From a virus (lineage: Duplodnaviria; Caudoviricetes): a DNA stretch of 64,000 nucleotides. The notes beneath the pieces were generated by a model. That model ran no database searches. It was not told where the DNA came from and saw nothing but the letters and a program-made list of their open reading frames with translations. Made by a program: the position numbers and the translations under genes. How positions within the stretch are numbered: the first letter of the stretch is position 1; the number at the start of each line of letters is the position of its first letter. The stretch lies in IMG/VR virus record IMGVR_UViG_3300020148_000032; one strand, given 5' to 3'. Positions 25,284 to 35,661 of the stretch are shown here, piece after piece.

Positions 25284-26234
25284 TTATCTCCTCAGAATCT
25301 CAATAAAGTTCATCAGCATGACCTCCATAAGAGGTTTACCCGGGGCGGCTGAATAACCTTTAACGTTCGCTTCAACTTCTATCATCATTTCTGAAATTTC
25401 TTTCAATTTCGCACTCTTAATACTTTTAGCATTACCCATTGCTAATTTTAATGGATAATTATCAGGGACACCTAAAGCTTTAGCTATAGAAGAACTAGAA
25501 ATATTAGGGTTAGATTCTATCAACATTGCCGCGCGATATGCAAGTAACACTTTATTTTTAAGAATACTCAAAATCACAAGATAATGGCTATTGTTCTCCA
25601 CACGCCTAAAAATTTCGATAGTTTTCGATGAGTCACCCTTCCACAAGAATTTTTCGATTTCCCAAGGGGGGACACTACCGGGAGCCTGGGGCAACCTAAT
25701 GTAAAGATCCTCAATAGTAATTTTCTGATGCACTTCTTTAGAAAATTCTGAAAGACTTCGAACTATAGAAATAGCTCCCTCATAATCATCACCAAGGTAA
25801 TCAATGAGAAATTGTCGAACTTCTCTATTCAAGTGAAGTTCGCTTACTAACTTTTCAGTCATAGTAAGGGCACCTTTCCCTGAATCTGCAGCGATAACTT
25901 TACCGCCTAATTCACTCACAAGAGCTTCTAACTTTTTAGTTGAATTTCTATTAGCCGAAGACGTAATAATAAGTCCGAATTGCAAAAGAGAATTGATTGA
26001 CTTATTTTTTATCGCCTCTTCAATTTCTTTTACAAAGGCTTTGATTTGATCGGGGTCTTCCAAAGTAATCATTGATAATGGTAAATCACCAAAAAGGGTG
26101 ACCCCGCTTGCTTCAGAAAGTTTGTTAACTAAACGAATATTCGCCTTATCAATGTTCCAAGATTTTCTGATAGATTCTTTCTGATAATCTAGATATGCTT
26201 GAGACTTATCAAGCACAAGAGCAATTTTAGTCAT
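25284..26234 (-). CDS. DNA polymerase III delta (HolA)-like clamp loader subunit
   Basis: Size and C-terminal LGVPDNYPLK..EANVKG pattern; dnaN in same window. Confidence 0.55.
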   Translation of the reverse strand: MTKIALVLDKSQAYLDYQKESIRKSWNIDKANIRLVNKLSEASGVTLFGDLPLSMITLEDPDQIKAFVKEIEEAIKNKSINSLLQFGLIITSSANRNSTKKLEALVSELGGKVIAADSGKGALTMTEKLVSELHLNREVRQFLIDYLGDDYEGAISIVRSLSEFSKEVHQKITIEDLYIRLPQAPGSVPPWEIEKFLWKGDSSKTIEIFRRVENNSHYLVILSILKNKVLLAYRAAMLIESNPNISSSSIAKALGVPDNYPLKLAMGNAKSIKSAKLKEISEMMIEVEANVKGYSAAPGKPLMEVMLMNFIEILRR

Positions 26235-26238
26235 ATAT

Positions 26239-26802
26239 CTATCCTAACCTCGGAAGTGTTCCCCACCTCATCTTACCATAAGCTTTAACATCTGAACTGT
26301 GGACATAAAAATCCTTAACTCCCAAACAGAACACCGCCCGCGAGTCAAAAGTATGAGGATAATTATCTCCAAGTACAAAAATCTCATCATCAACTAGAGT
26401 ATGCGAATAATTAGACAAGGGATTATCACAAACAGTATTAGTCCCATTGAAAGTAAAAACTTCTTCATCGTTAACATAAAAAGTATTATTCTCAAAGGTT
26501 AACGTGTCGCCAGGGACCGCAATAATTCTTTTAATAATTGATTCATCATCAAGCCCAACGGACTCCCACGATTTTGGAGTATCAAAAAGAATAAGGTCAT
26601 TTTTTAAAAAAGATTCCTCTTTCTTAAGAAGAAACGTATCTCCACTATAATACGTGGGTTCCATGCTTCCGCCACTGACTGTGACTATGACAAGATCATT
26701 GTATTCCATAAACTTTACGAAAGAAAAAGCAATAATCAATGATGCGATAACGACAGAGACAAACGTTTTAAAGATGGTCCACAAATGAAAAGGCTGTTTC
26801 AT
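26239..26802 (-). CDS. Signal peptidase I (S26)
   Basis: SGGSMEPT, IIKRI, GDN..DSR. Confidence 0.9.
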   Translation of the reverse strand: MKQPFHLWTIFKTFVSVVIASLIIAFSFVKFMEYNDLVIVTVSGGSMEPTYYSGDTFLLKKEESFLKNDLILFDTPKSWESVGLDDESIIKRIIAVPGDTLTFENNTFYVNDEEVFTFNGTNTVCDNPLSNYSHTLVDDEIFVLGDNYPHTFDSRAVFCLGVKDFYVHSSDVKAYGKMRWGTLPRLG

Positions 26803-27251
26803 TATTGCTCCATCTTCATTTGCTGACGCATATTATTACTGACTGACTGTAAAGTCTGTAATTCTAAACGTACAGCATGACTCATTCGCACAAGTTCGTT
26901 TTTCACCTGCTCATTAACAATGACTTCATTCTCTAAACCTTCATTCATAAGGTCAGCCCTAGCTCTCTTCATAAGCTCGGTCTTTTCAACAGACATAAGA
27001 AGCGTACGTCGATAAGCCCTCTCATACGCAACACGAGCTTTCCGCTCAAGACGCTCGTACTTGTTAATATTCTCAGTAATTTTGAACAAAGAAATTCTGG
27101 CTTGAGTAATAGCCTCACTCAATTCTTCAAGTGAAGAATAATCAGAAATATTATTAGAGAAATCATACAGACTTGCAGCATTCACTGACTTTAATTCAGG
27201 TACAGTAATATCTGCAAAGCTTGCATTCTCAGGTAAAGTAGTATCAGTCAT
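26802..27251 (-). CDS. Coiled-coil hypothetical protein
   Basis: ORF coupled to signal peptidase. Confidence 0.75.
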   Translation of the reverse strand: MTDTTLPENASFADITVPELKSVNAASLYDFSNNISDYSSLEELSEAITQARISLFKITENINKYERLERKARVAYERAYRRTLLMSVEKTELMKRARADLMNEGLENEVIVNEQVKNELVRMSHAVRLELQTLQSVSNNMRQQMKMEQ

Positions 27252-27297
27252 ATAACTATTATACCCAATAATTCCTCATAGTTGACATTCTATATCA

Positions 27298-28839
27298 TTA
27301 GAAATCTTTCGTAAATAAGATTTCTTTAATTATCTCTTGAACGCTTTCCTTGTCTGTTTCCCACTTGGTTTCCCAAATGAAAAATATTTGAACACCTTTT
27401 TCTTTAGCTAGATCTACTTTTAACGAATGGTACTCTTGAGAGTTCATATTAGACTTAGATTTTATTACTCTATCGCTATGCCAATAATCTCCGTTATATT
27501 CGAACCCTATTTTTAATTCTGGAATGTAAATGTCAATCTCTTTAGGTGAAATGACTGACCGATCATTTCTTATAATAGAATACCCTAAAGATTCAATAAA
27601 GTTAGCAACCTCAGCTTGCCCTTTACTCTCATGGCATAAAGAGCAATACGGATTTTCTTCTCTTTCTTTAAAAGATTTGAATGTCTCATGATCATTTATA
27701 CAAGTCCAAAAATATCTTTCAGAATGAATAAAAGATTTCTTAATAAGATCCTTAAAACTAATTGAATTCTTTTCAAGGAAGTATGATTCAAGGGAATTAG
27801 AATCAAATACTGATTCTATATCATTAACTCCCTTGATTAAATATGTACCCTTACACACTGGGCACTCGAATTTCTTCATTTTATAAACAGGAGAATTAAA
27901 AGAATGAGAGTCATGACAGATAAAGAATGCTCTTTGAGAGCTACCTATATTCACTTTTTTAGGGTCTAAAGTATTACGATCTTTATCCCAAAATTTCATA
28001 AGTTCTGAATAAGCAACAGAATTGTGTCTTTCAGATATTTCTCTATTCAAGCAAATCCCACAACCAGGTCTATCAATTTTTCTAAGAATTGTTTTCGTCT
28101 GGGAGTGGTTATTAGTACAAATCCAATTAAATGATTTCTTTATAAGATCTTCATAGTGCGAATTTTTAATAAAAGAATAATCATCATTAGTGAGATTCTC
28201 AAAAAGAGAATTCTTTTCAAGCTCTTCTAGAATGCTTTCTTTATCTTTATACTTTTTATTTCTCTTACATAAACCTTTTACTCTAAGAAAACTTTTTATT
28301 GAGCTGTAATGATCATTATGACCTTCATTGCAAACAAAAAAGTACTTTTCTCCAGAGCTCTTATTGACTCTAGAGAAATCGATTAATTCTTTATTCAAAT
28401 CGCTGAAGCTTTCTTTCAAAAAGCCTCTAAATTCTTCTTTAACTATAGATTGCGAACACGTTTTACATCCACTTTGATGAAAAGTTCTATTATGTATAGA
28501 GGTACTCCAAGACTTTTGACAGGAAGCACAAATCCAAAAAACACATTCTTGAGATGTAACTCTTGTTTTCTTCGGATCTAAACTATTTAACTCAAAATCC
28601 CACTCACTCATTAAATCAGGATATTGAGAAAACACATCGTTAAAACCCTCAAGTAATTCTCTATTCCAACAATATGGACAGGTTATCTCTTTAGAATAAT
28701 GAGCCATCCACTTGTGTCCAAAAGAATCCTCAAAAATATATTTCTTTTTCGATGAGATAGATTCAAAAGTAACATTGTTCTCTTTACTAAAGGCTTCTTT
28801 AGCATTTAACTTTATTCTGTACTTCTTAAAATCAAACAT
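27298..28839 (-). CDS. Zinc-ribbon (DUF4379-like) repeat endonuclease, homing-endonuclease-like
   Basis: Repeated W.C..GH..CP.C; EIDIYIP..GFEYNGDYWH. Confidence 0.8.
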   Translation of the reverse strand: MFDFKKYRIKLNAKEAFSKENNVTFESISSKKKYIFEDSFGHKWMAHYSKEITCPYCWNRELLEGFNDVFSQYPDLMSEWDFELNSLDPKKTRVTSQECVFWICASCQKSWSTSIHNRTFHQSGCKTCSQSIVKEEFRGFLKESFSDLNKELIDFSRVNKSSGEKYFFVCNEGHNDHYSSIKSFLRVKGLCKRNKKYKDKESILEELEKNSLFENLTNDDYSFIKNSHYEDLIKKSFNWICTNNHSQTKTILRKIDRPGCGICLNREISERHNSVAYSELMKFWDKDRNTLDPKKVNIGSSQRAFFICHDSHSFNSPVYKMKKFECPVCKGTYLIKGVNDIESVFDSNSLESYFLEKNSISFKDLIKKSFIHSERYFWTCINDHETFKSFKEREENPYCSLCHESKGQAEVANFIESLGYSIIRNDRSVISPKEIDIYIPELKIGFEYNGDYWHSDRVIKSKSNMNSQEYHSLKVDLAKEKGVQIFFIWETKWETDKESVQEIIKEILFTKDF

Positions 28840-28924
28840 TCTTACTTCTCCTAAGAGATAATTTCCTGTTAGCTAGCTCTTTCCCACAAACTCCGACAGT
28901 CATCTTACTGCTCCACATATGCTA

Positions 28925-28968
28925 AAAGTGGGTGTGCGAAACATCCCACAAGCTCGCACACCCACTTT
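28925..28968 (-). terminator. Terminator after nrdE
   Basis: 15-bp inverted repeat. Confidence 0.7.
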
Positions 28969-28985
28969 AGTATTTTACCAATTAA

Positions 28986-31160
28986 TTACAATTGGCATGA
29001 CTCACAATACGCTGCAGCAGTACCTTCAATTGAAGTTCCATCAAGAGCTGAACTTCTGATTCGTGCATAGTAAATAGTCTTGATTCCGGACTTGAATGCT
29101 TCAATGTAAGCTTTGTTCAAATCACGAGTAGTAGCAGTATCGTTGTAGAACAACGTGAGTGAAAGTCCTTGATCAATATGTTGTGTTGCGGCAGCGTACA
29201 ATCTAATGATTGCTTCAGGCCCTACCTTGTAAGCATCACGATAGTAAGCAATGTTATCGTTATTCATGTAAGGGGATGGATAATACACCCTTCCTAACTT
29301 ACCTTCTTTTCGAATCTCAATAGGAGCAGCCACTGGGTGGATACTTGCTGTACTGTTGTTGATGTATGAGATGCTTCCTGTTGGGGGGATTGCTTGCAAG
29401 TTTTGGTTATACATACCGTGTTTCTTGACTGATTTCATCAAGCTTTCCCAATCACTGATGGTTGGGATAACGATAGAGCTCTTTTTGAAGAGTTCTTTTA
29501 CTCGTTTTGTTGCGGGGACTGACCAGTCTTTTTCAATGTACTTTTGGAAGAACTCACCAGTGGCATACTTTGAACGTTCGAAACCGTCAAAGCTTTGTCC
29601 GCGCTCTTTTGCAATCTTGTTTGAAGCTTTGATTGCGTAGTAGAGTACAGTGTAGAAGTAGATGTTTGTGAAATCTACTGCTTCTTCTGAATCATAATGG
29701 ATCATTTCTCTTGCGAGGAACCCATGCATGTTCATTTGACCAAGACCAATTGCGTGACTCATTTGGTTACCTCTTTGTACGGATGGGGCAGAGGTAATGT
29801 TTGAGAGATCACTAACTGCTGTTAGAGCTCTAATTGACGCTTCGATTGTTTTTTCGAAGTCTGGCGAGTCGAAAGCTTTAGCAATGTTGAGAGAACCAAG
29901 GTTACATGAAATGTCTTTACCTATTGTTTTGTAGGTACCATCTTCATTGTATTCTGAAGCCTCAGAAACTTGGAGGATTTCTGAACAGAGGTTACTCATG
30001 GTGATTCGACCGTCAATAGGATTAGCATTGTTGACAGTATCCTCGAAGACTATGTATGGGTAACCTGATTCGAATTGAATTTCAGCGAGGGTTTGGAAAA
30101 AACCTCTTGCTTTAATTTTCTTTTTGCGAATCTTTGGGTTGTCTACCATTTCGTGGTATTTTTCTGTTACGCTTATTTCTGTAAATGGGACACCGTAGAC
30201 TTTTTGTACGTCATATGGAGAGAAGAGGTACATATCTTCATTGTTTCTGGCGAGTTCGAAGGTGATATCTGGAATCACTACACCGAGTGAGAGAGTTTTA
30301 ATTCGAACTTTTTCATCAGCATTTTCTCGTTTAGTGTCAAGGAATTGCATAATGTCTGGGTGGTGTGCATGGAGGTATGCTGCGCCTGCTCCTTGGCGTT
30401 GTCCTAGTTGGTCAGCATATGAGAATGCATCTTCGAGCATTTTCATGACTGGAACTACACCTTTGGTTCTGTTTTCAATTTTCTTGATTGGTGCTCCGAA
30501 TTCTCTCAAGTTAGTGAGGTTGACGGCGACACCACCACCGCGTTTTGATAATTGAAGTGAACTACCGATGGAGCGGATGATTGATTCCATGTTATCCTCA
30601 GTTCTTAAGAGGAAGCATGATACTAGTTCACCACGTTGTGCTTTACCTGCGTTGAGGAATGTTGGTGTGGCTGGTTGGAATCTACCTGAAATAATTTCGT
30701 CAAGTATTGTTTCGGCAATTTTGGTATCACCTTGTGCGAGGTAGAGGGACACCATGGTAACTCGATCTTCGTATCGTTCGAGGTATCGTTGATTGTCGAA
30801 TGTTTTGAGGGTGTATGAGTTGTAGTATTTGTATGCGCCCATGAAGCTTTCAAAGCGGAACCTGTGCCCGTAAGCTCTTTGGAATAGACTCTTAATGAAG
30901 TTGAAAGAGTATTGGTCGAGTACTTCTTTTTCATAGTAATCGTTTTTGACTAGGTAGTCAAGTTTTTCTTCCAAATTGTGGAAGAAGACTGTGTTTTGGT
31001 TGACGTGTTGTAGGAAATATTGTCGTGCTGCTTCCTTGTCGGCGTCGAATTGAATTTTCCCGTCTTTTCCTACAATGTTAAGCTTTGCATTGAGAGAGTG
31101 ATAGTCAAGTTCCGGGTTTTCTTGGGGTCCTGAAGGGGTTAGTTCTTCATTCTCTGACAT
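28986..31160 (-). CDS. nrdE: Class Ib ribonucleotide reductase alpha subunit
   Basis: [30 protein letters not shown]-terminal CxxC. Confidence 0.97.
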   Translation of the reverse strand: MSENEELTPSGPQENPELDYHSLNAKLNIVGKDGKIQFDADKEAARQYFLQHVNQNTVFFHNLEEKLDYLVKNDYYEKEVLDQYSFNFIKSLFQRAYGHRFRFESFMGAYKYYNSYTLKTFDNQRYLERYEDRVTMVSLYLAQGDTKIAETILDEIISGRFQPATPTFLNAGKAQRGELVSCFLLRTEDNMESIIRSIGSSLQLSKRGGGVAVNLTNLREFGAPIKKIENRTKGVVPVMKMLEDAFSYADQLGQRQGAGAAYLHAHHPDIMQFLDTKRENADEKVRIKTLSLGVVIPDITFELARNNEDMYLFSPYDVQKVYGVPFTEISVTEKYHEMVDNPKIRKKKIKARGFFQTLAEIQFESGYPYIVFEDTVNNANPIDGRITMSNLCSEILQVSEASEYNEDGTYKTIGKDISCNLGSLNIAKAFDSPDFEKTIEASIRALTAVSDLSNITSAPSVQRGNQMSHAIGLGQMNMHGFLAREMIHYDSEEAVDFTNIYFYTVLYYAIKASNKIAKERGQSFDGFERSKYATGEFFQKYIEKDWSVPATKRVKELFKKSSIVIPTISDWESLMKSVKKHGMYNQNLQAIPPTGSISYINNSTASIHPVAAPIEIRKEGKLGRVYYPSPYMNNDNIAYYRDAYKVGPEAIIRLYAAATQHIDQGLSLTLFYNDTATTRDLNKAYIEAFKSGIKTIYYARIRSSALDGTSIEGTAAAYCESCQL

Positions 31161-31379
31161 GGATTTACTCCTTATTTTTCTTTCTTTAGTAACTGGTGAA
31201 CTATCTTTCTAACTGTTATTTCAAGCAGTTTGAGAAATAGAACGGGACTTTTCGTGTCTTTTTTGTTTCTTTTTGGACATAAATACTATTGTATCAATTG
31301 TCAATTTTATTCTTTGAGGATTAAAGAATATCATTAAAAATATAACGCTTTAGGGGTGTCGAGAGATTCCTCTTACTTA

Positions 31380-31961
31380 TTATCTTTTTGAAGTTTTTGA
31401 ACGATTTTTCTTTCGTTCTTTTTCTTCTTTTTCAGCAATTTCTCGAGCAAGTTCAATTTCTTTCTTCCGTGCTTCGTATCGCAAGTCGCGCGAGTCTGGG
31501 ATGTTGTATTCTTCTCTTCTTTGTTCAGAATTTGTTGTTCTCATGAATGCAAAGAGCGCAATAATGAGAGCAACAATGAATGCGGAGAAAGTAGTATATG
31601 CTGGAGTGAACCCAGTAGCATAAATGCTTACAATAAGTATTGCTCCTATGATAAGAGATATTCTTTGTCTCCACGCTGGAGAAAATCTCGCGCGATAAGG
31701 GGTCCATGGAGTTTCAGCATCCATTTTCCTATAATGATAGTAGAGGCTGATTAAATAACCTTGTGCAAAGAATAATGCAGCGGTAGGAACAACAAGAACT
31801 GTTCTGACGATGTTATACACTGTGTTAAACTCTAGATACGTATCTACTGTTATGTTAAGAAGTATCAATAATAAGGTTGCGGGAATAGAATACATATAAA
31901 ATTTTTTAAGATTCGTGTTGTATTGTTTTCTTAGCCATATGAGACTTTTTCGTAATGACAT
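31380..31961 (-). CDS. Multi-pass membrane protein
   Basis: Four hydrophobic segments. Confidence 0.75.
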   Translation of the reverse strand: MSLRKSLIWLRKQYNTNLKKFYMYSIPATLLLILLNITVDTYLEFNTVYNIVRTVLVVPTAALFFAQGYLISLYYHYRKMDAETPWTPYRARFSPAWRQRISLIIGAILIVSIYATGFTPAYTTFSAFIVALIIALFAFMRTTNSEQRREEYNIPDSRDLRYEARKKEIELAREIAEKEEKERKKNRSKTSKR

Positions 31962-34624
31962 TAGATTAACCTCTCTTTTGAGTTAAATTTAGCGACAGCA
32001 TCTTTTATTGCAAGCGGTTTAAATGGAGAAGAAAGTATTCTCTTTGCTTCATTTTTAGCCTCTTCAATACGTTCGGCGTGTTTAGCAAGTGATGCAAAAA
32101 TCATTTCACTTCTTCCAGATTGTTCCGTGTTGAATATTTTACCTTCTCCACGGAGTTCAAGGTCGATTTTAGCAATATCAAACCCATTATCACTGTCAAC
32201 AAGAGATTGAAGTCTCTTTTCACTTTGTTCATTGTTACCTAGTGATACTAAATAACATTTAGATTGTTTGCTATTACGCCCAACGCGACCTCGTATTTGG
32301 TGGAGAGAACTTGCACCTAAACGTTCAGCTGAAAGTATAATCACTCGAGTAGCATCAGGTATGTCCACTCCAACTTCAACAACTGTAGAAGCGATCATTA
32401 CATCAAATTTCTTGTCTCTGAATTGTTGCATTCGTTCTTTTTGTTCATCTTGCTTCATTTGCCCGTGAACATAACTAACTCTTAAACCTTGAAGAGAATG
32501 TTCTGTTACGTGTTTGAAAGTTTGCTCAACGCTTGCAGCATCAATTTTGTCCGATTCATTAACAAGTGGGGTAATAATAAAAGTTTGGTTACCTTTATCA
32601 GCCTCTTTAATAATGTCTGACCAAAGTGGAAGTATTTGTTCTTTAGTAATTAATACTGGATCTTCTTTAATCCACTCTGTAATGATTGGTAAACGTCCAG
32701 GTGGCTTTTCTTTAAGTTGTAACATGTCCATGTCACCATAAATTACTTGAGCAACACTTCTTGGAATTGGTGTGGCACTCATCATGAGTAAGTCTGGAAT
32801 TCGTCCATCAGGTCTAGAATTTAAAAGTTTAGTTCTCTGTTCAGCTCCGAATTTTTGTTGCTCGTCAATACATACTAGACCTAAATTAGAATACTCGACT
32901 GAGTCGCTCATGACTGAGTGTGTTCCTACAATAATGTCAACTTCTCCAGAAGCAATATCTTTAAGTAAATCTTTTCTTTCTTTAACTTTCATTCCGCCGC
33001 CGAAATAACGGATTTTTACTTCTTCATCAAGAGTACTCACTAATTTTTCAAGTGTAGCAAATAATTGTCTTGAAAGTATGTCTGTTGGGCCTAATAGTAC
33101 GGCTTGGTGTCCACTTTCAACTGAGCGTAAACAAGCGAGTTGAGCGATAATTGTTTTACCTGAACCTACCTCAGCACTAAGTAAACTACTGGAGGGGTTT
33201 ATTGATTCTAATTTAGAGTTTAATTCTCTCATTGCATTCTTTTGAGAGTTAGTTAACTCAAACTGCAGTCTACGGACAGCGCTAAATTGCAGGTCACGAG
33301 ATGTACGCTTCTGTGATATACCCTGTCTACCGACGGATTTCTCGCGAGTCTCCTGCATAATGATCTGCATATACACAAGCTCATAATACGCTAGACTTTC
33401 TATTGCCTCTAAATGCTGTGCAAAAGTTTCGGGGAAATGAAGAGCATTCAAAGCATCATAATAACTCATTCTTCCATGTTGTCTGAAGTATGGCGGCAGC
33501 TCTAAAGAACCGATTCGAGAGATTAATTCTCTGTTAGCAGCAAGTAAAAGATATGTAGTAATTCCACGACTTTCAGATTGCTTGTAAATTGGAACTATTG
33601 GAAGAATTGCAGCTTCAGCAGCGTGTTCTATGCTTGAACCTGATAATTGAGGTTTTCCCTTCCACGTATCGTATTTACCAGTTACTAATACTACATCATC
33701 TTTTTTAAATTTAACTTTAAGCCAATTTTGCCTGAAGAATGTTACTCGTATTGTCTCGTTAATGTCTGTTTCAACATAGAAACTAATACCTAAATTATTA
33801 CTCATTTCGCTGATTTGAGTAATTTTCCCTACTATTGTTGCTGTTTCACCTTCAAGTAGGTCTCTAATTCTTTGAGGTTGTGATTTGTCAATATAACGGC
33901 GAGGTAACCAAAAGAGAAGATCATGAAGAGTTTCGATTCCAAAGTCTTTTATTTTCTCTTCAAGAGTCTTCCTTGAATTTTTCAAAGCCTTCATTGTTTG
34001 AGAATTTGTTTGAATAACGTTGAGAGAACTAATTGGAATATTTTTAAGAGAATCAAGAGTTCCATCAAATCCTACGATTGGCTCTCTTGTTAATTGAAGT
34101 ACTTCTTTATCAAAGATAATTTTCGGAAACTTTAATGTTTCAGTCTGAGCAAGTATTTCTAAGTCTATGACTCTTTTTAAATCTACTTTATAACCTATTT
34201 GTGTAGGGTAAGCGTTAAGTTTAGCGAGAAGATCTTTATACACTTTAAGATTTGGTGTCTTTACAAGAACGTGGCGTCTATCGTCACTAAGTGTTGCTTT
34301 CGGTAACTCAATAGTATCAGCAGCTTTAGTAAGCTCTTTTATGTCTTTTTCATCAATATGAATGTTTTTGATTCCAGTAAGGACCACTCTTAATACGAAT
34401 GCATTAATTGGTCCAAATCTCGTTTCATAGTAAAATGAATCCGATCTTTCTTCTTCTTTAATTCCTAGGAAGTTTGAGAATTCTGGTCTTTGTGATAGAT
34501 CTATTTTAGAGACAAAACAAATCATTGAATCTTTTATTAAAACATTGACAGTATATCCTTCAAGTTCTAGAGACTCTTTTTCCTCGTTTACATCTTCCTT
34601 TTCATTCCAAAGATCAAAAGTCAT
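31961..34624 (-). CDS. recG: RecG helicase with N-terminal extension
   Basis: LPRRYID, VGSGKT, DEQQKFG, MSATPIPR, LHQIRGRVGR, DLELRGEG. Confidence 0.93.
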   Translation of the reverse strand: MTFDLWNEKEDVNEEKESLELEGYTVNVLIKDSMICFVSKIDLSQRPEFSNFLGIKEEERSDSFYYETRFGPINAFVLRVVLTGIKNIHIDEKDIKELTKAADTIELPKATLSDDRRHVLVKTPNLKVYKDLLAKLNAYPTQIGYKVDLKRVIDLEILAQTETLKFPKIIFDKEVLQLTREPIVGFDGTLDSLKNIPISSLNVIQTNSQTMKALKNSRKTLEEKIKDFGIETLHDLLFWLPRRYIDKSQPQRIRDLLEGETATIVGKITQISEMSNNLGISFYVETDINETIRVTFFRQNWLKVKFKKDDVVLVTGKYDTWKGKPQLSGSSIEHAAEAAILPIVPIYKQSESRGITTYLLLAANRELISRIGSLELPPYFRQHGRMSYYDALNALHFPETFAQHLEAIESLAYYELVYMQIIMQETREKSVGRQGISQKRTSRDLQFSAVRRLQFELTNSQKNAMRELNSKLESINPSSSLLSAEVGSGKTIIAQLACLRSVESGHQAVLLGPTDILSRQLFATLEKLVSTLDEEVKIRYFGGGMKVKERKDLLKDIASGEVDIIVGTHSVMSDSVEYSNLGLVCIDEQQKFGAEQRTKLLNSRPDGRIPDLLMMSATPIPRSVAQVIYGDMDMLQLKEKPPGRLPIITEWIKEDPVLITKEQILPLWSDIIKEADKGNQTFIITPLVNESDKIDAASVEQTFKHVTEHSLQGLRVSYVHGQMKQDEQKERMQQFRDKKFDVMIASTVVEVGVDIPDATRVIILSAERLGASSLHQIRGRVGRNSKQSKCYLVSLGNNEQSEKRLQSLVDSDNGFDIAKIDLELRGEGKIFNTEQSGRSEMIFASLAKHAERIEEAKNEAKRILSSPFKPLAIKDAVAKFNSKERLI

Positions 34625-35656
34625 TTACTCCTCTTCCTTAAACGCAGCGGACAATACTGATTCTGTTGCGGCAATATATTCAACTGCATTTGGGTCAAGA
34701 ATTTCTATTGCTTCTACTAGAGCTCTAGCATATTCAATTCGAGGTAATTGTTGATTAATTTGAGGTTCTACGAAGAGGTCGACTAGACTTCCTAATGCAA
34801 AGAGTATTTCTTCAGAGAGACCCATAATGTAGAACGCTCTTTCTACAGGGTCTTGTTTCTTTGCTTTGTTGAGAGCTGTTAATGATTTGCTTAGAACTGG
34901 AGATACATGAAGAGCTTTAAAGATAAATGTGGCTGAATCTTGAACGTTAAATTCTACGTTAGATATAAATTGACCAACGACTGATTTTTGATCATCGTTT
35001 AAAGCGTTATATGCTTTTGAAATGTTTACTATTCGAGCAATATATGACATTTCTTCTTCTGGAGAGAGAGTCCCTACCCGAGAGAAAGAGACCTCAGGGT
35101 CTGGTTTTGCAGGAGTTACTTTTTTGAAGTTTACTTGCGGGATCACTTGATCAATATGTGAATTTTGAGAATGGTGAACAAGATCATACATTCCACCTGG
35201 AACTGGTTGAGTTTCTACTGGGTTTTGAACGGAGGTCTGTTCGTAAACTGGCTCTTGGTATTGAGGTTGTGGGATTAATTCTGGAGCGGGCTCGTTTTTT
35301 CTTTCAGGAGCAACAAAGTCCGGTGAAAGTGGGTTTTGTGAATGTGTTGGCAAAACTGGGTCTTGAGCTTTTGGGGGCTCTGGAGCTTGGTAACTAAATT
35401 GATTTTCTTCTATTGGAGCGAAAGCATCAGAAAATGCTGATTCTTCTTCTTTTGGTTCAGGAGCACTAGTAACTGTTGGTTGTGGAGTGTGGGGTTCTTC
35501 ATCTTCGTTTGCGAAGGCTTTAAGGATCATTTGAGCTTCGTTATCTTCCTCTAAGGTAACGGAAGCATTAGCTTTTCTAGTCATTTCCTCAAAATCATCT
35601 TCGTCTGCGAAAAGGAAACCTCCACCTTCATTATTGTCAACATAATCTTTAGCCAC
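34625..35656 (-). CDS. Hypothetical protein, acidic/Pro-rich N-terminus
   Basis: ORF in operon. Confidence 0.8.
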   Translation of the reverse strand: MAKDYVDNNEGGGFLFADEDDFEEMTRKANASVTLEEDNEAQMILKAFANEDEEPHTPQPTVTSAPEPKEEESAFSDAFAPIEENQFSYQAPEPPKAQDPVLPTHSQNPLSPDFVAPERKNEPAPELIPQPQYQEPVYEQTSVQNPVETQPVPGGMYDLVHHSQNSHIDQVIPQVNFKKVTPAKPDPEVSFSRVGTLSPEEEMSYIARIVNISKAYNALNDDQKSVVGQFISNVEFNVQDSATFIFKALHVSPVLSKSLTALNKAKKQDPVERAFYIMGLSEEILFALGSLVDLFVEPQINQQLPRIEYARALVEAIEILDPNAVEYIAATESVLSAAFKEEE

Positions 35657-35661
35657 TTGAA

